A stretch of DNA of 64,000 nucleotides from Synechococcus sp. (GCA_047285805.1 JBJBCN010000002.1:672001-736000); one strand, 5' to 3'; shown: positions 40,064 through 50,523, counted from the stretch's first letter. Made by a program: numbers and translations. The notes: generated by a model from the sequence alone, not told the origin.

Positions 40064-41812
40064 ATGCCAGAGGGGGCCAGCAGGACTCAACCCTGGCCCC
40101 CAGCACCGGGACACCATCCCTGGTGGGATGGGGCTGTCATCTATGAACTCATCCCCCGCTGCTACAGCGATTCCGATGGTGATGGAATCGGTGATTTCGG
40201 TGGTCTCACCAAACGGCTGGGCTACCTGCGTTGGCTAGGGGTCGATGCCATCTGGATGACCCCGATCTATCCGTCTCCACTACGGGATGGCGGGTACGAC
40301 ATCACGGACTTCACCGACATCCATCCTGAACTCGGGGACCTCGACGCCTTCCATCGGTTCGTCGAAGCGGCCCATGCCCACGGCATCCGGGTCGTGATCG
40401 ACCTGGTGTTGAACCACACCAGTCAGCTTCATCCTTGGTTTCAACGGGCTCGCTTTGCCGAGCGGGGGAGCCCGGAGCGGGACTGCTACGTCTGGAAAGA
40501 CGACCCCGACGGTTACAGCGAGGCTCCCGTCCTCTTCCGTCACTTTGAGGATTCCAATTGGTCCTGGGATCCGATTGCACAGCAGTACTACCTGCATCGC
40601 TTCCTGCATCACCAACCAGACCTCAACTACGACAATCCAGCTGTCCAAGAGGCGGTACTCCAAGTCGTCGACTTCTGGTTGGCCCGAGGCATTGACGGCT
40701 TTCGCCTCGATGCAATTCCGTTTCTGTTCGAACGGGAGGGCACCCGCTGTGAAGGTCTGCCGGAAACCCACGCCTTCCTAAAAACCCTGCGGCAACGGGT
40801 TGACGCGTTCAGCGCGGAGCATCCTGGCCGCGACATTCTTCTGTTGGCGGAAGCGATTCAGCCGGTGGAGGAAGCCATGCCCTACCTCGAAGACGGGGAG
40901 CTGCATGCTGCCTTTAATTTCGCCCTCACGGCTCATCTCTTCGCATCCGTCGCCCACGGGGAGACCAAAAGCCTCAATCGCTTCCTCAAGGAGATCAGCA
41001 ATCTGGACTGCGGCCGCGGTTGGGCGCTGCCGCTGCGGAACCACGACGAACTGTGGTTAGGCGATGGCCATCTCGTACCCGATGAGGTCATTCATTGGGT
41101 GCGCCATGGCCTACCGGCTGCCCATGGCCATTGGCTCAATTGGGGCATCAATCGACGCCTGGCACCTCTGCTGAACGGTGACCCGCGGCCAAACATGGCC
41201 CTCCATGCGCTGCTTTACAGCTTGCCGGGCATGCCATGCCTCTATTACGGAGATGAGCTGGGCATGGGGGACTGGCCTGGACTGCGGGACCGTGACCCCA
41301 ATCGCACACCGATGGCCTGGAGTCCGGACCGCAACGGCGGCTTCTCAGCGGCCCCCGATCCGCTGCTGGTGCTCCCCCCGATCACGGCACCGGGATACGA
41401 CTACCGGGTGATCAACGTTGAGGTTCAGAAATCTCTGAAGGGCTCGCTGTTGAATTGGCATCGCCACATGTTGGTGAGCCGCAAGCTGCTGCCAGCCCTC
41501 AGGCACGGGGACTTTGAACTGCTGCCGAGCCATCACCCGAGCGTGGTCAGCTTCATTCGGCGCTGCGAGGCCATGACAGTCCTGGTGGCGGTCAACCTCA
41601 GCGGGACCGGCGCCTCAACCGAAATCGACCTCAGCCGTTGGGAAGGTGAACGCATACGCGAGTTGCTTTGGGGTTGTGAATTCCCCGAAGCGACGCGCGA
41701 GTGGTTCGTCTACCTGCAGGCTTATGGCTTTGGATGGTGGTTAATCGGCGATATGGAACTTGCCAGCAACAGCGATTCCGCCGCGGGCGTGAGCCGATCG
41801 GCCTCAGCCTGA
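40064..41812 (+). CDS. treS: Trehalose synthase/alpha-amylase (GH13)
   Basis: PSPLRDGGYD, DLVLNHTS, QPDLN, GFRLDA, LRNHDEL, YYGDELGMGD. Confidence 0.85.
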   Translation: MPEGASRTQPWPPAPGHHPWWDGAVIYELIPRCYSDSDGDGIGDFGGLTKRLGYLRWLGVDAIWMTPIYPSPLRDGGYDITDFTDIHPELGDLDAFHRFVEAAHAHGIRVVIDLVLNHTSQLHPWFQRARFAERGSPERDCYVWKDDPDGYSEAPVLFRHFEDSNWSWDPIAQQYYLHRFLHHQPDLNYDNPAVQEAVLQVVDFWLARGIDGFRLDAIPFLFEREGTRCEGLPETHAFLKTLRQRVDAFSAEHPGRDILLLAEAIQPVEEAMPYLEDGELHAAFNFALTAHLFASVAHGETKSLNRFLKEISNLDCGRGWALPLRNHDELWLGDGHLVPDEVIHWVRHGLPAAHGHWLNWGINRRLAPLLNGDPRPNMALHALLYSLPGMPCLYYGDELGMGDWPGLRDRDPNRTPMAWSPDRNGGFSAAPDPLLVLPPITAPGYDYRVINVEVQKSLKGSLLNWHRHMLVSRKLLPALRHGDFELLPSHHPSVVSFIRRCEAMTVLVAVNLSGTGASTEIDLSRWEGERIRELLWGCEFPEATREWFVYLQAYGFGWWLIGDMELASNSDSAAGVSRSASA

Positions 41813-43284
41813 TCCAAAAAAGCGATCCGACTGCGCCGTTCCAGAAGATCCTCGCTTGTCTTTGCCCACTCGAAGTGGATGTTGTAGCGCCACTCCGCTA
41901 GGCAGACCGGCGCCACCGCACTCAGGGGTGTGGCTTCGGACGAATCGATTCCCTGCCCAAGCACTTGCTCGGCTTGCAGGCCGTAGTTGGCGATCAGGTG
42001 ATCGATCTGTTGACGTTGCAGCGCACCCGTCGGGGTCAACTGCTCGAGCCGCTCGCGCAGCGCCGACAGAGAAGCCAGGGTCTGATCCGGACTCGAACCG
42101 GCCCCAAGCAAGGGCAACGGCTCTGGAGCAGGGAGTGTCTGGTTCAGCTGGGCTGCGATGGCCTTGAGGGCATCAAGGGCCAAGACCCGGCAGGTTGTCC
42201 ACTTGCCACCAAGCAGGCTGATCAGACCGCAGTCCAAGCGCTCGACTTCGTGTTCGCGCACCACCTTGCTGCTGCCGCGATCGGAGTCGGGCTGGATCAG
42301 GGGCCTGCCTCCCGCCCATCGACTCGAGACCGTCAAGGTGGTCTGGGCCGGGAACCAGCGCCGGACATGGTCCATGAGGAAGGTCTCCTCAGCGCCGGAG
42401 ACCGTGGTGGCGTCCGCGACCGCACAGGCGGAGTCGGTGGTGCCTACGAGGGTTCTCCCCTTGAAGGGCAAGACGAACATCACGCGGCCATCACTGGTCT
42501 TGGGAATTAAGAGTCCGGTGCCGGCTGGGCATAACTGCTGCTCAAGAACCAGATGCACACCGCGGCTGACCAGGAGCCGTTCCCGACAGTCGGGCTGGGC
42601 CAGGGCCCGAAGACGGTCGGCCTGAATGCCGGTGGCATTCACGATGCAACGGGCCGGCCAGCGGCTGGAGGATCCATCGCCATTACGCGTGAGCGCGGCC
42701 ACAACCTGGCCCCCGTCATGCTCAAAGTCGACGACAGCACAGTCCCGCTGGACGACGGCGCCAGCGGACTCGGCCGTGAGCAACAGCAGCAGGTTCAGCC
42801 GTGCATCGTCGAATTGACCATCGCTGTAGAACACCGCCCCATGGCGTTCAGGGTCCAAAGCCGGTAACACCGCTTGCAATTGCTGGCGGTTGATGCCGCG
42901 ACTGGGCTCCAGGCCGGCTGAACCAGCCAGGAGGTCGTACATCCCTAAACCCATTCGGTAATAGGCCTGCTCAACAGGCCCCTGGGTGGGCAGGGCAATG
43001 CGAAGGGGCTGGGCCAGAAACGGGGCCTGATCAATCCAGTACTGCCGCTCAGAGAGCGCTTCCCGCACCAACTTCAGCTGGGCGGGGTCCAGTTGTTTGA
43101 AGGCGAGCTCGAGGTAGCGAACACCGCCATGCAACAACTTCGTGCTGCGCGAACTGGTGCCCTGCCCGGGATCACCCGCCTCGAGCAGCGCAACCCGTAG
43201 TCCACGACGCACCCCTTCGTATGCCAGGGCAGCACCGCTGCTGCCCCCACCAACGATCAGCAGATCAAACCGATCCATCGCCAT
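41722..43284 (-). CDS. glpD: FAD-dependent glycerol-3-phosphate dehydrogenase
   Basis: IVGGG, GTSSRSTKLLHGGVRYLE, FDDARL, GGKWTT. Confidence 0.93.
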   Translation of the reverse strand: MAMDRFDLLIVGGGSSGAALAYEGVRRGLRVALLEAGDPGQGTSSRSTKLLHGGVRYLELAFKQLDPAQLKLVREALSERQYWIDQAPFLAQPLRIALPTQGPVEQAYYRMGLGMYDLLAGSAGLEPSRGINRQQLQAVLPALDPERHGAVFYSDGQFDDARLNLLLLLTAESAGAVVQRDCAVVDFEHDGGQVVAALTRNGDGSSSRWPARCIVNATGIQADRLRALAQPDCRERLLVSRGVHLVLEQQLCPAGTGLLIPKTSDGRVMFVLPFKGRTLVGTTDSACAVADATTVSGAEETFLMDHVRRWFPAQTTLTVSSRWAGGRPLIQPDSDRGSSKVVREHEVERLDCGLISLLGGKWTTCRVLALDALKAIAAQLNQTLPAPEPLPLLGAGSSPDQTLASLSALRERLEQLTPTGALQRQQIDHLIANYGLQAEQVLGQGIDSSEATPLSAVAPVCLAEWRYNIHFEWAKTSEDLLERRSRIAFLDQAEADRLTPAAESLLLASSISPINHHPKP

Positions 43285-44779
43285 GCCACTGCAAACAACG
43301 TTCAACGGCCTGGTCCCAGCGGCGGCACCAGCGCTCCCGTTCGGATGCGTCACGCTGGGGAGTGACCTGGATCGAGGAGGCGCGGGTGGCCATGGCAATC
43401 GGCCCCAGATCGTTCAGCACCCCGGCGCCCTCACCGGCCATCAAGGCCACTCCGAAGGCCGTTGATTCGAGATTTGCCGGCCTGACCACCTGCACGCCGG
43501 CACTGTCGGCTTGAGCCTGGAGCAGGACCGCCGACGCGGCCGCTCCCCCGTCAACGGCAATTGTGTCCAAGGGAGCACCGAGCGCTTCAGCGGCACCACG
43601 CAACAGGCCGGTAACGGCTAGGGCGATACCCTCCAGTGCCGCACGGGCGATCTGCGGGGCAGCTGTGTCACGAGTCATGCCAATCAGCAGCGCCCGGGCG
43701 TTGGGATCCCAGTGAGGGGATCCCCAGCCGGTGAAGGCCGGCACGAGCATCAATTCACCCGCGCTCTCCACCATGGAGGCCAGGGCATCGACCTCGGAGG
43801 ACTCGCTAATGATTCCTAGGCCATCGCGCAGCCACTGGATCACCGTTCCGGCATTGAAGAGACTGCCCTCAATGCAATAGGTAGTGCTGCCGTCGGCGTT
43901 GCTCCAACCGACCGTGCTCAAGAGCCCCCCTGCAGCCCGTTGCGGGCGTAGGCCACTGTTCACCACCAGAAAGGCACCGGTGCCGTAGGTGCACTTCGCT
44001 TGGCCCGGTTCGAAGCAGAACTGGCCATAACTCGCCGCCTGCTGGTCACCCAGCATTGCCGTGATGGGGGTACCGGCGAAGGGAAGCCCCTCCGCGATGA
44101 CGGCAAAGGCGCTTCGGGTTGGCAGTAGTTCAGGGAGGGCAGCGGCCGTTAATCCGACGCGTTGGATCGCTTCCGACAACCAGCACAACTGCTCAAGGTC
44201 CAGCAACAACGTCCGACTGGCATTGCTGATGTCGGTGGCATGGCGTGTTCCGCCGCTGAGGTGCCACAGCAGCCAGCTGTCGACGGTGCCAAAGCAAAGG
44301 TCATCGGCGGCCAGAGCCTGCCGGGCCTCAGGATGGGCCTCGAGCATCCAGGCGATCTTGCTGGCACTGAAATAAGGGTCCAGCACCAGTCCAGTCTGGC
44401 GCTGCCAAGACTCGGAAAAGGATTCACTCTTCCAGCCCGCGCAAATCGACGCTGTGCGACGGTCCTGCCAAACCAGGGATGGGCCGAAGGCTTCGCCCGT
44501 GCTGCGGCGCCAGAGCGTGGTTGTCTCCCTTTGGTTGGTGATCCCGCAGGCACAAACCGATTGGCGCTGCTCTGGGCTCAAGCGCTGCTCCAGCAAGGCC
44601 ATGGCCTCCAGTTGGCTTTGCCAGATCGCGGCGGCGTCCTGTTCGACCCAGCCATCACTGGGGTACTGAATCGCTAGAGGCACCTGGGCGGAGGCGACCG
44701 TGACACCGCGGGCGTCGAAAAGAACCGCGCGGGAGCTGCTGGTGCCCTGATCAAGGGCTAGGAGATAGGACTCGGACAC
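43265..44779 (-). CDS. glpK: Glycerol kinase
   Basis: ALDQGTSSSRA, GITNQRET, WQDRR, LDPYFSASK, GDQQAA, KCTYGTG. Confidence 0.95.
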   Translation of the reverse strand: MSESYLLALDQGTSSSRAVLFDARGVTVASAQVPLAIQYPSDGWVEQDAAAIWQSQLEAMALLEQRLSPEQRQSVCACGITNQRETTTLWRRSTGEAFGPSLVWQDRRTASICAGWKSESFSESWQRQTGLVLDPYFSASKIAWMLEAHPEARQALAADDLCFGTVDSWLLWHLSGGTRHATDISNASRTLLLDLEQLCWLSEAIQRVGLTAAALPELLPTRSAFAVIAEGLPFAGTPITAMLGDQQAASYGQFCFEPGQAKCTYGTGAFLVVNSGLRPQRAAGGLLSTVGWSNADGSTTYCIEGSLFNAGTVIQWLRDGLGIISESSEVDALASMVESAGELMLVPAFTGWGSPHWDPNARALLIGMTRDTAAPQIARAALEGIALAVTGLLRGAAEALGAPLDTIAVDGGAAASAVLLQAQADSAGVQVVRPANLESTAFGVALMAGEGAGVLNDLGPIAMATRASSIQVTPQRDASERERWCRRWDQAVERCLQWHGDGSV

Positions 44780-44874
44780 AGGCAAAAGGGTTTCCCCACT
44801 CTTACGGGTATCCCCTGGATCTGTCAGGGCCTTGACGCAGCACGAGACAGTGGGAGCCTCAGAGCCGGTCACTG

Positions 44875-45912
44875 TTGTTCATGGTCTCAATGTCAACGCT
44901 CCTGCCGGCCTTGTTGGCCTTGATCGGTGGGGGGTTGCTCTCGCTTCTCGTCGCGCGGGTCTTTGGGGTCGTCTTTGGTCGCCTGACCCGGAAGACGAGG
45001 AGTGAAACAGACGACTTCATCGTTCAGGTCATCGTCGAGACAATCCCGATCCTGGGTTGGGTGGTCAGCGCAAGCTGGGCCTGGTGGCTCATCCCAACCG
45101 CGCCGGAAGCGGATCGGGTGGTCTTCACCATCACCAAGCTGATCCTGGGGGTCTTCCTGGTGCGGCTCGTGAACCGCATCAGCCTGCGTCTTCTGCAACG
45201 CTCCGCGATCCACAGCGGTGACCCTGCCGTGGGGAGCATGCTCCGGGCCCTCGCCCCGATGTTGCGCTCCCTGGTCTGGTGCGTGGGCGCCGTCCTCTAT
45301 CTCCAAAACATCGGCGTCCAAATGGCGGCAATCTGGGCCCTCCTCAGCGCCGGTGGAATTGGCGCGGGCTTGGCGTTAAAACAGCCAGTCTCCGAATTTT
45401 TTGAATACATCACGATCCTCCTGGACAAGCCCTTCCAAACCGGTCAATTCATCAACGTCGGCGAGGTCTGGGGAACGGTGGAACGGGTCGGCGTGCGCTC
45501 CTCCCGTCTACGCAGCGTCAACGGCGAGACAATCGTGATGAGCAACAGCGCCCTCACCAGCTCGGTGGTGGCCAATTACGGAGAAATGCAAGAGCGGCGG
45601 CTGATCTATCGCTTGGGGGTGACCTACGACACCAGCCAGGCCGTTTTGGAGCAGATACCGTGCCTGCTGAAGGCCATCGTTGAGCAGGGCGGGGATGCCC
45701 GCTTTGACCGGGCCCATTTCGTGGCGTTCAACAGCAGCAGCCTCGACTTTGAGTTGGTCTATTTCGTTCCCTCCAGCGACTACATCCAGGCCATGGAGGC
45801 CCAGCAACGGATCAATCTCGACATCGTTCAACGCTTCGCGCAGGAGGGAATTGAGTTCGCCTTCCCCACCCAGACCCTGCACGTTCACAGAGCCTTGGAT
45901 ACTGGGGTCTAA
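44875..45912 (+). CDS. mscS: Small-conductance mechanosensitive channel (start uncertain)
   Basis: AGGIGAGLAL, DKPF, GTVERVGVRS, GIEFAFPT. Confidence 0.88.
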   Translation: MFMVSMSTLLPALLALIGGGLLSLLVARVFGVVFGRLTRKTRSETDDFIVQVIVETIPILGWVVSASWAWWLIPTAPEADRVVFTITKLILGVFLVRLVNRISLRLLQRSAIHSGDPAVGSMLRALAPMLRSLVWCVGAVLYLQNIGVQMAAIWALLSAGGIGAGLALKQPVSEFFEYITILLDKPFQTGQFINVGEVWGTVERVGVRSSRLRSVNGETIVMSNSALTSSVVANYGEMQERRLIYRLGVTYDTSQAVLEQIPCLLKAIVEQGGDARFDRAHFVAFNSSSLDFELVYFVPSSDYIQAMEAQQRINLDIVQRFAQEGIEFAFPTQTLHVHRALDTGV

Positions 45913-45973
45913 CCCCACTTGCTATGATGGGTACTTGGGCGAATTGCCCAATGTTGTGTTTTAGAAGACGGTC

Positions 45974-46210
45974 ATGTCCCGGGTCTGCCAACTCACCGGC
46001 AAGCGTGCCAACAACGGTATGGCCGTCTCGCACTCCCACATCCGCACCAAGAAGCTTCAGCAGGTGAACCTGCAAGAGCGCCGTCTGTGGTGGGCTGAGG
46101 GGAACCGCTACGTCAAGCTCCGGGTCTCCACCCGAGCTATCAAGACCATCCAGAAAAAGGGTCTTGGCGCCTACGCCAAGCAGCTCGGCATCAACCTGGC
46201 CAAGATCTGA
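45974..46210 (+). CDS. rpmB: 50S ribosomal protein L28
   Basis: [27 protein letters not shown]. Confidence 0.98.
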   Translation: MSRVCQLTGKRANNGMAVSHSHIRTKKLQQVNLQERRLWWAEGNRYVKLRVSTRAIKTIQKKGLGAYAKQLGINLAKI

Positions 46211-46241
46211 GCTTCAATTCTGAGAGTTCCTCAGGATTCCT

Positions 46242-46802
46242 TTGAAGCGCCGCGATCTGCTCTTCTCCTTTGGTGCTGCGGCCGTCGGCCTGCTGGGAGT
46301 CCCCCGGCAGGCTTTTTCAATGGGCGGCACCTTGCCCGAGCTCAACCTGCCGGCGCCAGGATTCACGCTCCCGGGCGTCGTTCCCAGCGCCGATGGTGCG
46401 ATCGAAGCCGAGCGCAGCCTGGCTGACTTTCAAGGCCAGTGGCTGGTCCTCTACTTCTATCCCCGCGACTTCACCGAAGGCTGCACAATCGAGGCCAAGG
46501 GCTTTCAACGGGACCTTGCGCGTTTCCATTCACTCAATGCCGAGGTCGTGGGCATCAGCGCCGACGACACGGACTCCCATAAGGAGTTCTGCGGCAGTGA
46601 AGCGCTTAGCTACCCACTGCTCTCGGATCCTGGCGGGCAGACAAGCAAACGTTATGGCAGCTGGATTCCCCCCTTCTCACAACGGCACACCTTCCTAATT
46701 GACCCCAAGGGGGTGCTCCGAGAGACCTGGCTAGGCGTCCGGCCGTTAGCGCACAGCCAGGAGATCCTGAAGGTTCTGGGGGAACTCCAAGCGGCTGGCT
46801 AA
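46242..46802 (+). CDS. Peroxiredoxin (BCP/PrxQ type) with Tat-like signal
   Basis: KRRDLL N-terminus; LYFYPRDFTEGCT. Confidence 0.9.
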   Translation: MKRRDLLFSFGAAAVGLLGVPRQAFSMGGTLPELNLPAPGFTLPGVVPSADGAIEAERSLADFQGQWLVLYFYPRDFTEGCTIEAKGFQRDLARFHSLNAEVVGISADDTDSHKEFCGSEALSYPLLSDPGGQTSKRYGSWIPPFSQRHTFLIDPKGVLRETWLGVRPLAHSQEILKVLGELQAAG

Positions 46803-46812
46803 CCAATCAGCC

Positions 46813-46992
46813 TCAGCCGAGATGTTGGCGAAACCGTTGTTCCATAAGGCGCAGGTGCGCCTGTCCAGCCGGAAGGCTGTCGCAGAAGAGGCAGATCCCT
46901 TGAAAACACACCTGGAACAATTCGCCCTCACTCGAGCGAAGTTGGTAAATGGCTCCACCTTGGGGATCAACCAACACAGGGGACTGGGCCAT
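46813..46992 (-). CDS. Small hypothetical protein
   Basis: MAQSPVLVDP...QVCFQGICLFC; divergent from the ATP-grasp operon. Confidence 0.5.
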   Translation of the reverse strand: MAQSPVLVDPQGGAIYQLRSSEGELFQVCFQGICLFCDSLPAGQAHLRLMEQRFRQHLG

Positions 46993-47087
46993 AGATGTGC
47001 AGGAGGAACGACCAGAGGCTGACGCAACAGCGGAGCAGCTGCCATAGGTGCTTCGACTCAAGTCCGTGGCTGGATAAAGACCTACCC

Positions 47088-47101
47088 GTAGCAAGCGCTA
47101 C
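47088..47101. promoter_or_regulatory. NtcA-type box (GTA-N8-TAC)
   Basis: GTAGCAAGCGCTAC; a second near-match GTAGCAATCACAAC at 47128-47141 is followed 22 nt later by CATGAT. Confidence 0.6.
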
Positions 47102-47190
47102 GGGGCGTCTTCAGGGTGATTTTTTCGGTAGCAATCACAACCCGGAGGGACCAGACGGCTCTGCATGATCGACTCAACTCTGGTCCGACA

Positions 47191-48630
47191 ATGTTTACCG
47201 CGTACAGGCCAAAGAAGGGGTACGACGAATACTTCAACGCCGCAGATACACCGCGTTCGGCACTGAAGCCACTGGTCCATTCCCTCGGAGCTCTGGGACT
47301 GGATCATCTCAACCGAAACCATGCGGCTGCCGGGGTTCTTCTGAAACGGCTGGGTGCAACCTTCAGGTTGAACGACTCAGGTGGACGCGTGGGTGAACGG
47401 ATCCTCCCTTTTGATCCCCTACCGCGCTTGATTCCAGCAGGGGAGTGGGAGCAACTCGAGCGAGGCCTGGCCCAGCGCTTGGAGGCCATCGATCTGTTCT
47501 TGGCCGATGTCTATGGCCCGCAGCGGATCATCCAAGACGGGATCATCCCCCGGGAGCATGTCGAGAGTTCACAGGGCTGGAGACCGGTCCTGCAGGGGGT
47601 CAAACCACCTCTCGATAAGTGGTGCCAAATCTCTGGCCTGGACCTCATCCGGGATGGCGAGGGAACCTGGCACGTGCTCGAAGACAACCTGCGCTGCCCC
47701 TCCGGTGTCGCCTACTTCCTCGAAAACAGGCGGGTGATGAAGCGGATGTTCCCTAGCCTCTTTAGCGGGCGGGTCGTTCAGCCAATAGATCGCTATCCCT
47801 CACAACTGCTAAAAACCCTGCGGGAATTGGCTCCCTGGACGGAAACACCGCGGGTGGTCTTGCTCACTCCAGGGGTACTCAACAGCGCCTATTTCGAGCA
47901 CAGCTATCTGGCTCAACAAATGGGCATCCCACTGGTAGAAGGTCGAGATTTGGCCTGTGAAGAAGGCAGGGTATGGATGCGAACAACGCGCGGACTGGAA
48001 GCGGTTGATGTTATTTATCGGCGCATCGATGACGACTTCCTCGATCCCGCCGTCTTCCGCAGCGATTCGATGTTGGGCGTGCGCGGGTTGCTGGAGGTTT
48101 ACGCCCAGGGACGTGTCGCTATTGCCAATGCCCCCGGCACCGGCATTGCCGACGACAAGTTGATATATGCCTTTGTCCCCGACATGGTGCGCTACTACCT
48201 CGGCGAAGAGCCAATTATCGCGAACGTTCCCACCTATCTCTGCTCCAGGCGACAGGATCAGGCGTATGTACTGGCCCACCTCAGGGAGCTGGTGGTCAAG
48301 GCCGTCTCTGAAGCCGGGGGCTATGGAATGTTGATCGGCCCCCACGCCAGCAGCGACGAAATCGAAAAGTTCGCCGCCAAGATCCAAGCCAACCCCCGGA
48401 ACTTCATCGCCCAACCGACGCTGGAGCTCTCGACGGTCCCCTCGCTGAGTGACGGCGAGCTTTATCCCTGCCATGTGGATCTGAGGCCGTACATCCTCCG
48501 TGGCAACAGCACCTGGGTCACGCCCGGTGGCTTGACCCGCGTGGCTCTCAAGCGCGGATCGCTGGTAGTGAACTCCTCCCAGGGCGGTGGTTGCAAGGAC
48601 ACCTGGATCGTGGAGGACGGCCGATGCTAA
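47191..48630 (+). CDS. Circularly permuted type 2 ATP-grasp protein
   Basis: PFDPLPR, LEDNLRCPSGV, NSAYFEH, DVIYRRIDDDFLDP, VDLRP, VVNSSQGGG. Confidence 0.93.
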   Translation: MFTAYRPKKGYDEYFNAADTPRSALKPLVHSLGALGLDHLNRNHAAAGVLLKRLGATFRLNDSGGRVGERILPFDPLPRLIPAGEWEQLERGLAQRLEAIDLFLADVYGPQRIIQDGIIPREHVESSQGWRPVLQGVKPPLDKWCQISGLDLIRDGEGTWHVLEDNLRCPSGVAYFLENRRVMKRMFPSLFSGRVVQPIDRYPSQLLKTLRELAPWTETPRVVLLTPGVLNSAYFEHSYLAQQMGIPLVEGRDLACEEGRVWMRTTRGLEAVDVIYRRIDDDFLDPAVFRSDSMLGVRGLLEVYAQGRVAIANAPGTGIADDKLIYAFVPDMVRYYLGEEPIIANVPTYLCSRRQDQAYVLAHLRELVVKAVSEAGGYGMLIGPHASSDEIEKFAAKIQANPRNFIAQPTLELSTVPSLSDGELYPCHVDLRPYILRGNSTWVTPGGLTRVALKRGSLVVNSSQGGGCKDTWIVEDGRC

Positions 48631-49661
48631 GCCGCGTTGCCGACTCCCTGTATTGGATCAACCGCTATGTCGAGCGGGCTGAGAACATCTCCCGCTTTGT
48701 CGAGGTCAGTGAGGCGATGGCCCTGGACTGTCCTCCGGGTAGTGCAGAACCTTGGCAACCCCTCATCTATGCCAGTGGACATCGCACCCTCTTTGATGCG
48801 GTCTACCCCGATGGTGGGCCACAGAAGGTCGTCGAGTTCCTTGTGCGGGCGGAAGCCAACCCGAGCAGCATCGTCAACTGCATCGCCATGGCCCGGGAGA
48901 ACGCTAGGCAAATCCGTGATGTGATCACCAGCGAAATGTGGGAGCACCTCAACGGTCTCTACTGGACCCTGGTGGAGAACGAGTGTTTCTGGGAGGAACC
49001 AACCCAGGAGCAGCTCCGGGAGATTCGCCGAGGTTGTCAGCTTTTCTATGGCATCGCGGATGCCACGTTGAGCCGGGACCTCAGCTGGCAGTTCAGCAGG
49101 CTCGGCCGACTGATTGAGCGAGCGGACAAAACGACCCGCATCCTCGACGTGAAGTATTTCCTGCTGCTGCCCAGTCCCGATGACGTCGGTGGCGTGCTCG
49201 ACGAACTGCAGTGGATGTCTCTGTTGCACAGTGCCGGTGCCTATCAGATGTTTCGCCAATCCAATGTCGGTGACATCTCTCCAGAAGGGGTGGCAGCCTT
49301 TCTGCTGCTGAACCCGCTCTTCCCGCGCTCGGTCCGCTACTGCCTTGAGCGAATCCACGAGACCCTCCAGCTGATCGGCCGAGAATCCGCGCAGGGAACA
49401 CCCGATGACCTGGAGTGCAGGGTGGGACTTACGCAGGCCCGGTGGAGTTACACCAAAATCGACAAGCTGATCGCCGGAGGGCTGCATGAAGCCATCGATG
49501 AGTTGCAGCAGGACTTGAACGAACTCCACAACCTGATTCACGACCGCTATTTCGTCCTCCCTGGAGGCCTCAGCCCAGACGACGACACGGTGATCCCTAT
49601 GAAACAGAGCGCTTTAACAAACACGGCCTCTGATCAAGATCTGGCATGCACGCCCGCTTAA
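48624..49661 (+). CDS. Alpha-E domain protein
   Basis: MLSRVADSLYWINRYVERAEN, ARENAR, GRLIERAD, FPRS. Confidence 0.92.
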   Translation: MLSRVADSLYWINRYVERAENISRFVEVSEAMALDCPPGSAEPWQPLIYASGHRTLFDAVYPDGGPQKVVEFLVRAEANPSSIVNCIAMARENARQIRDVITSEMWEHLNGLYWTLVENECFWEEPTQEQLREIRRGCQLFYGIADATLSRDLSWQFSRLGRLIERADKTTRILDVKYFLLLPSPDDVGGVLDELQWMSLLHSAGAYQMFRQSNVGDISPEGVAAFLLLNPLFPRSVRYCLERIHETLQLIGRESAQGTPDDLECRVGLTQARWSYTKIDKLIAGGLHEAIDELQQDLNELHNLIHDRYFVLPGGLSPDDDTVIPMKQSALTNTASDQDLACTPA

Positions 49662-50518
49662 TACACCGCTTCAACTACTGCTACACCCAACCCGTCCTGC
49701 TGGGATCGCATCGCTTTTGCCTGCGGCCCAGGCCCCACGGCTTCCAACGCTTGATTGACTTCAAATTGGAGATCAGCCCCGAACCCAGTCAGCTCTACGA
49801 GCTTATGGCTGCAGGCGGTGACACGATTACGCGGGCTCGCTTTCTGCAGGAAACAGAGGTCTTTCAGGTGGTCGCGACCAGCGAAGTGGAAACCTTCACC
49901 CCACCGCTGATTGAAGCCTGTCTGGACGAGAGCATGCTGCGGTTACCACTCACCATCGGCAGGCTCAATCCGGATTTGATGAGCAACCTCCAAGGCTGGT
50001 TACCGAATGGGCAACACGATGCCGCCGCCGTCGATCTCGCCCAGGAAGCTCTCACGGGCAGCGACGGGAGTTGCTTGAGCTTCCTGCAACAACTCATCGA
50101 AATCATTCAGGACCGGGTGAAGTACACCGAGCGGCATGAGGGACCCGCTTGGCCAGCAGGTCAAACCCTCAAGGAGCGCATCGGCTCCTGCCGTGATCTC
50201 GCGATGTTGATGATCGAGTGCTGCCGCAGTGTCGGGCTTCCAGCTCGATTTGTCAGCGGCTATCACCTGGTAGAGCCCAAGCCGGGCCACTACGACCTCC
50301 ACGCCTGGACGGAGGTCTATCTGCAGGGAGCTGGTTGGCGAGGATTTGATGCCAGCGGACAAGGGGCGGTGGATGATCGCTACATCCCCGTGGTGACCTC
50401 CTCCAAATCAGAATTGACCGCGGCGGTGAGTGGAACCTTCTCCGGCCCAACAGGGGTCCAAAGCAGCTTGGCCTGGGAGATTGAGGCCGAACTGCTCAGC
50501 CCAGCCTCTCGCCAATAG
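49646..50518 (+). CDS. Transglutaminase-like protein
   Basis: GSCRDLA, ARFVSGY, HAWTEVY, GWRGFD (Cys-His-Asp triad). Confidence 0.92.
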   Translation: MHARLIHRFNYCYTQPVLLGSHRFCLRPRPHGFQRLIDFKLEISPEPSQLYELMAAGGDTITRARFLQETEVFQVVATSEVETFTPPLIEACLDESMLRLPLTIGRLNPDLMSNLQGWLPNGQHDAAAVDLAQEALTGSDGSCLSFLQQLIEIIQDRVKYTERHEGPAWPAGQTLKERIGSCRDLAMLMIECCRSVGLPARFVSGYHLVEPKPGHYDLHAWTEVYLQGAGWRGFDASGQGAVDDRYIPVVTSSKSELTAAVSGTFSGPTGVQSSLAWEIEAELLSPASRQ

Positions 50519-50523
50519 CGGCT

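Noticed and set aside
41722..41812. 91-bp convergent overlap of treS and glpD
   Set aside because: Involves non-conserved-looking C-terminal tails; such overlaps are common in compact GC-rich genomes
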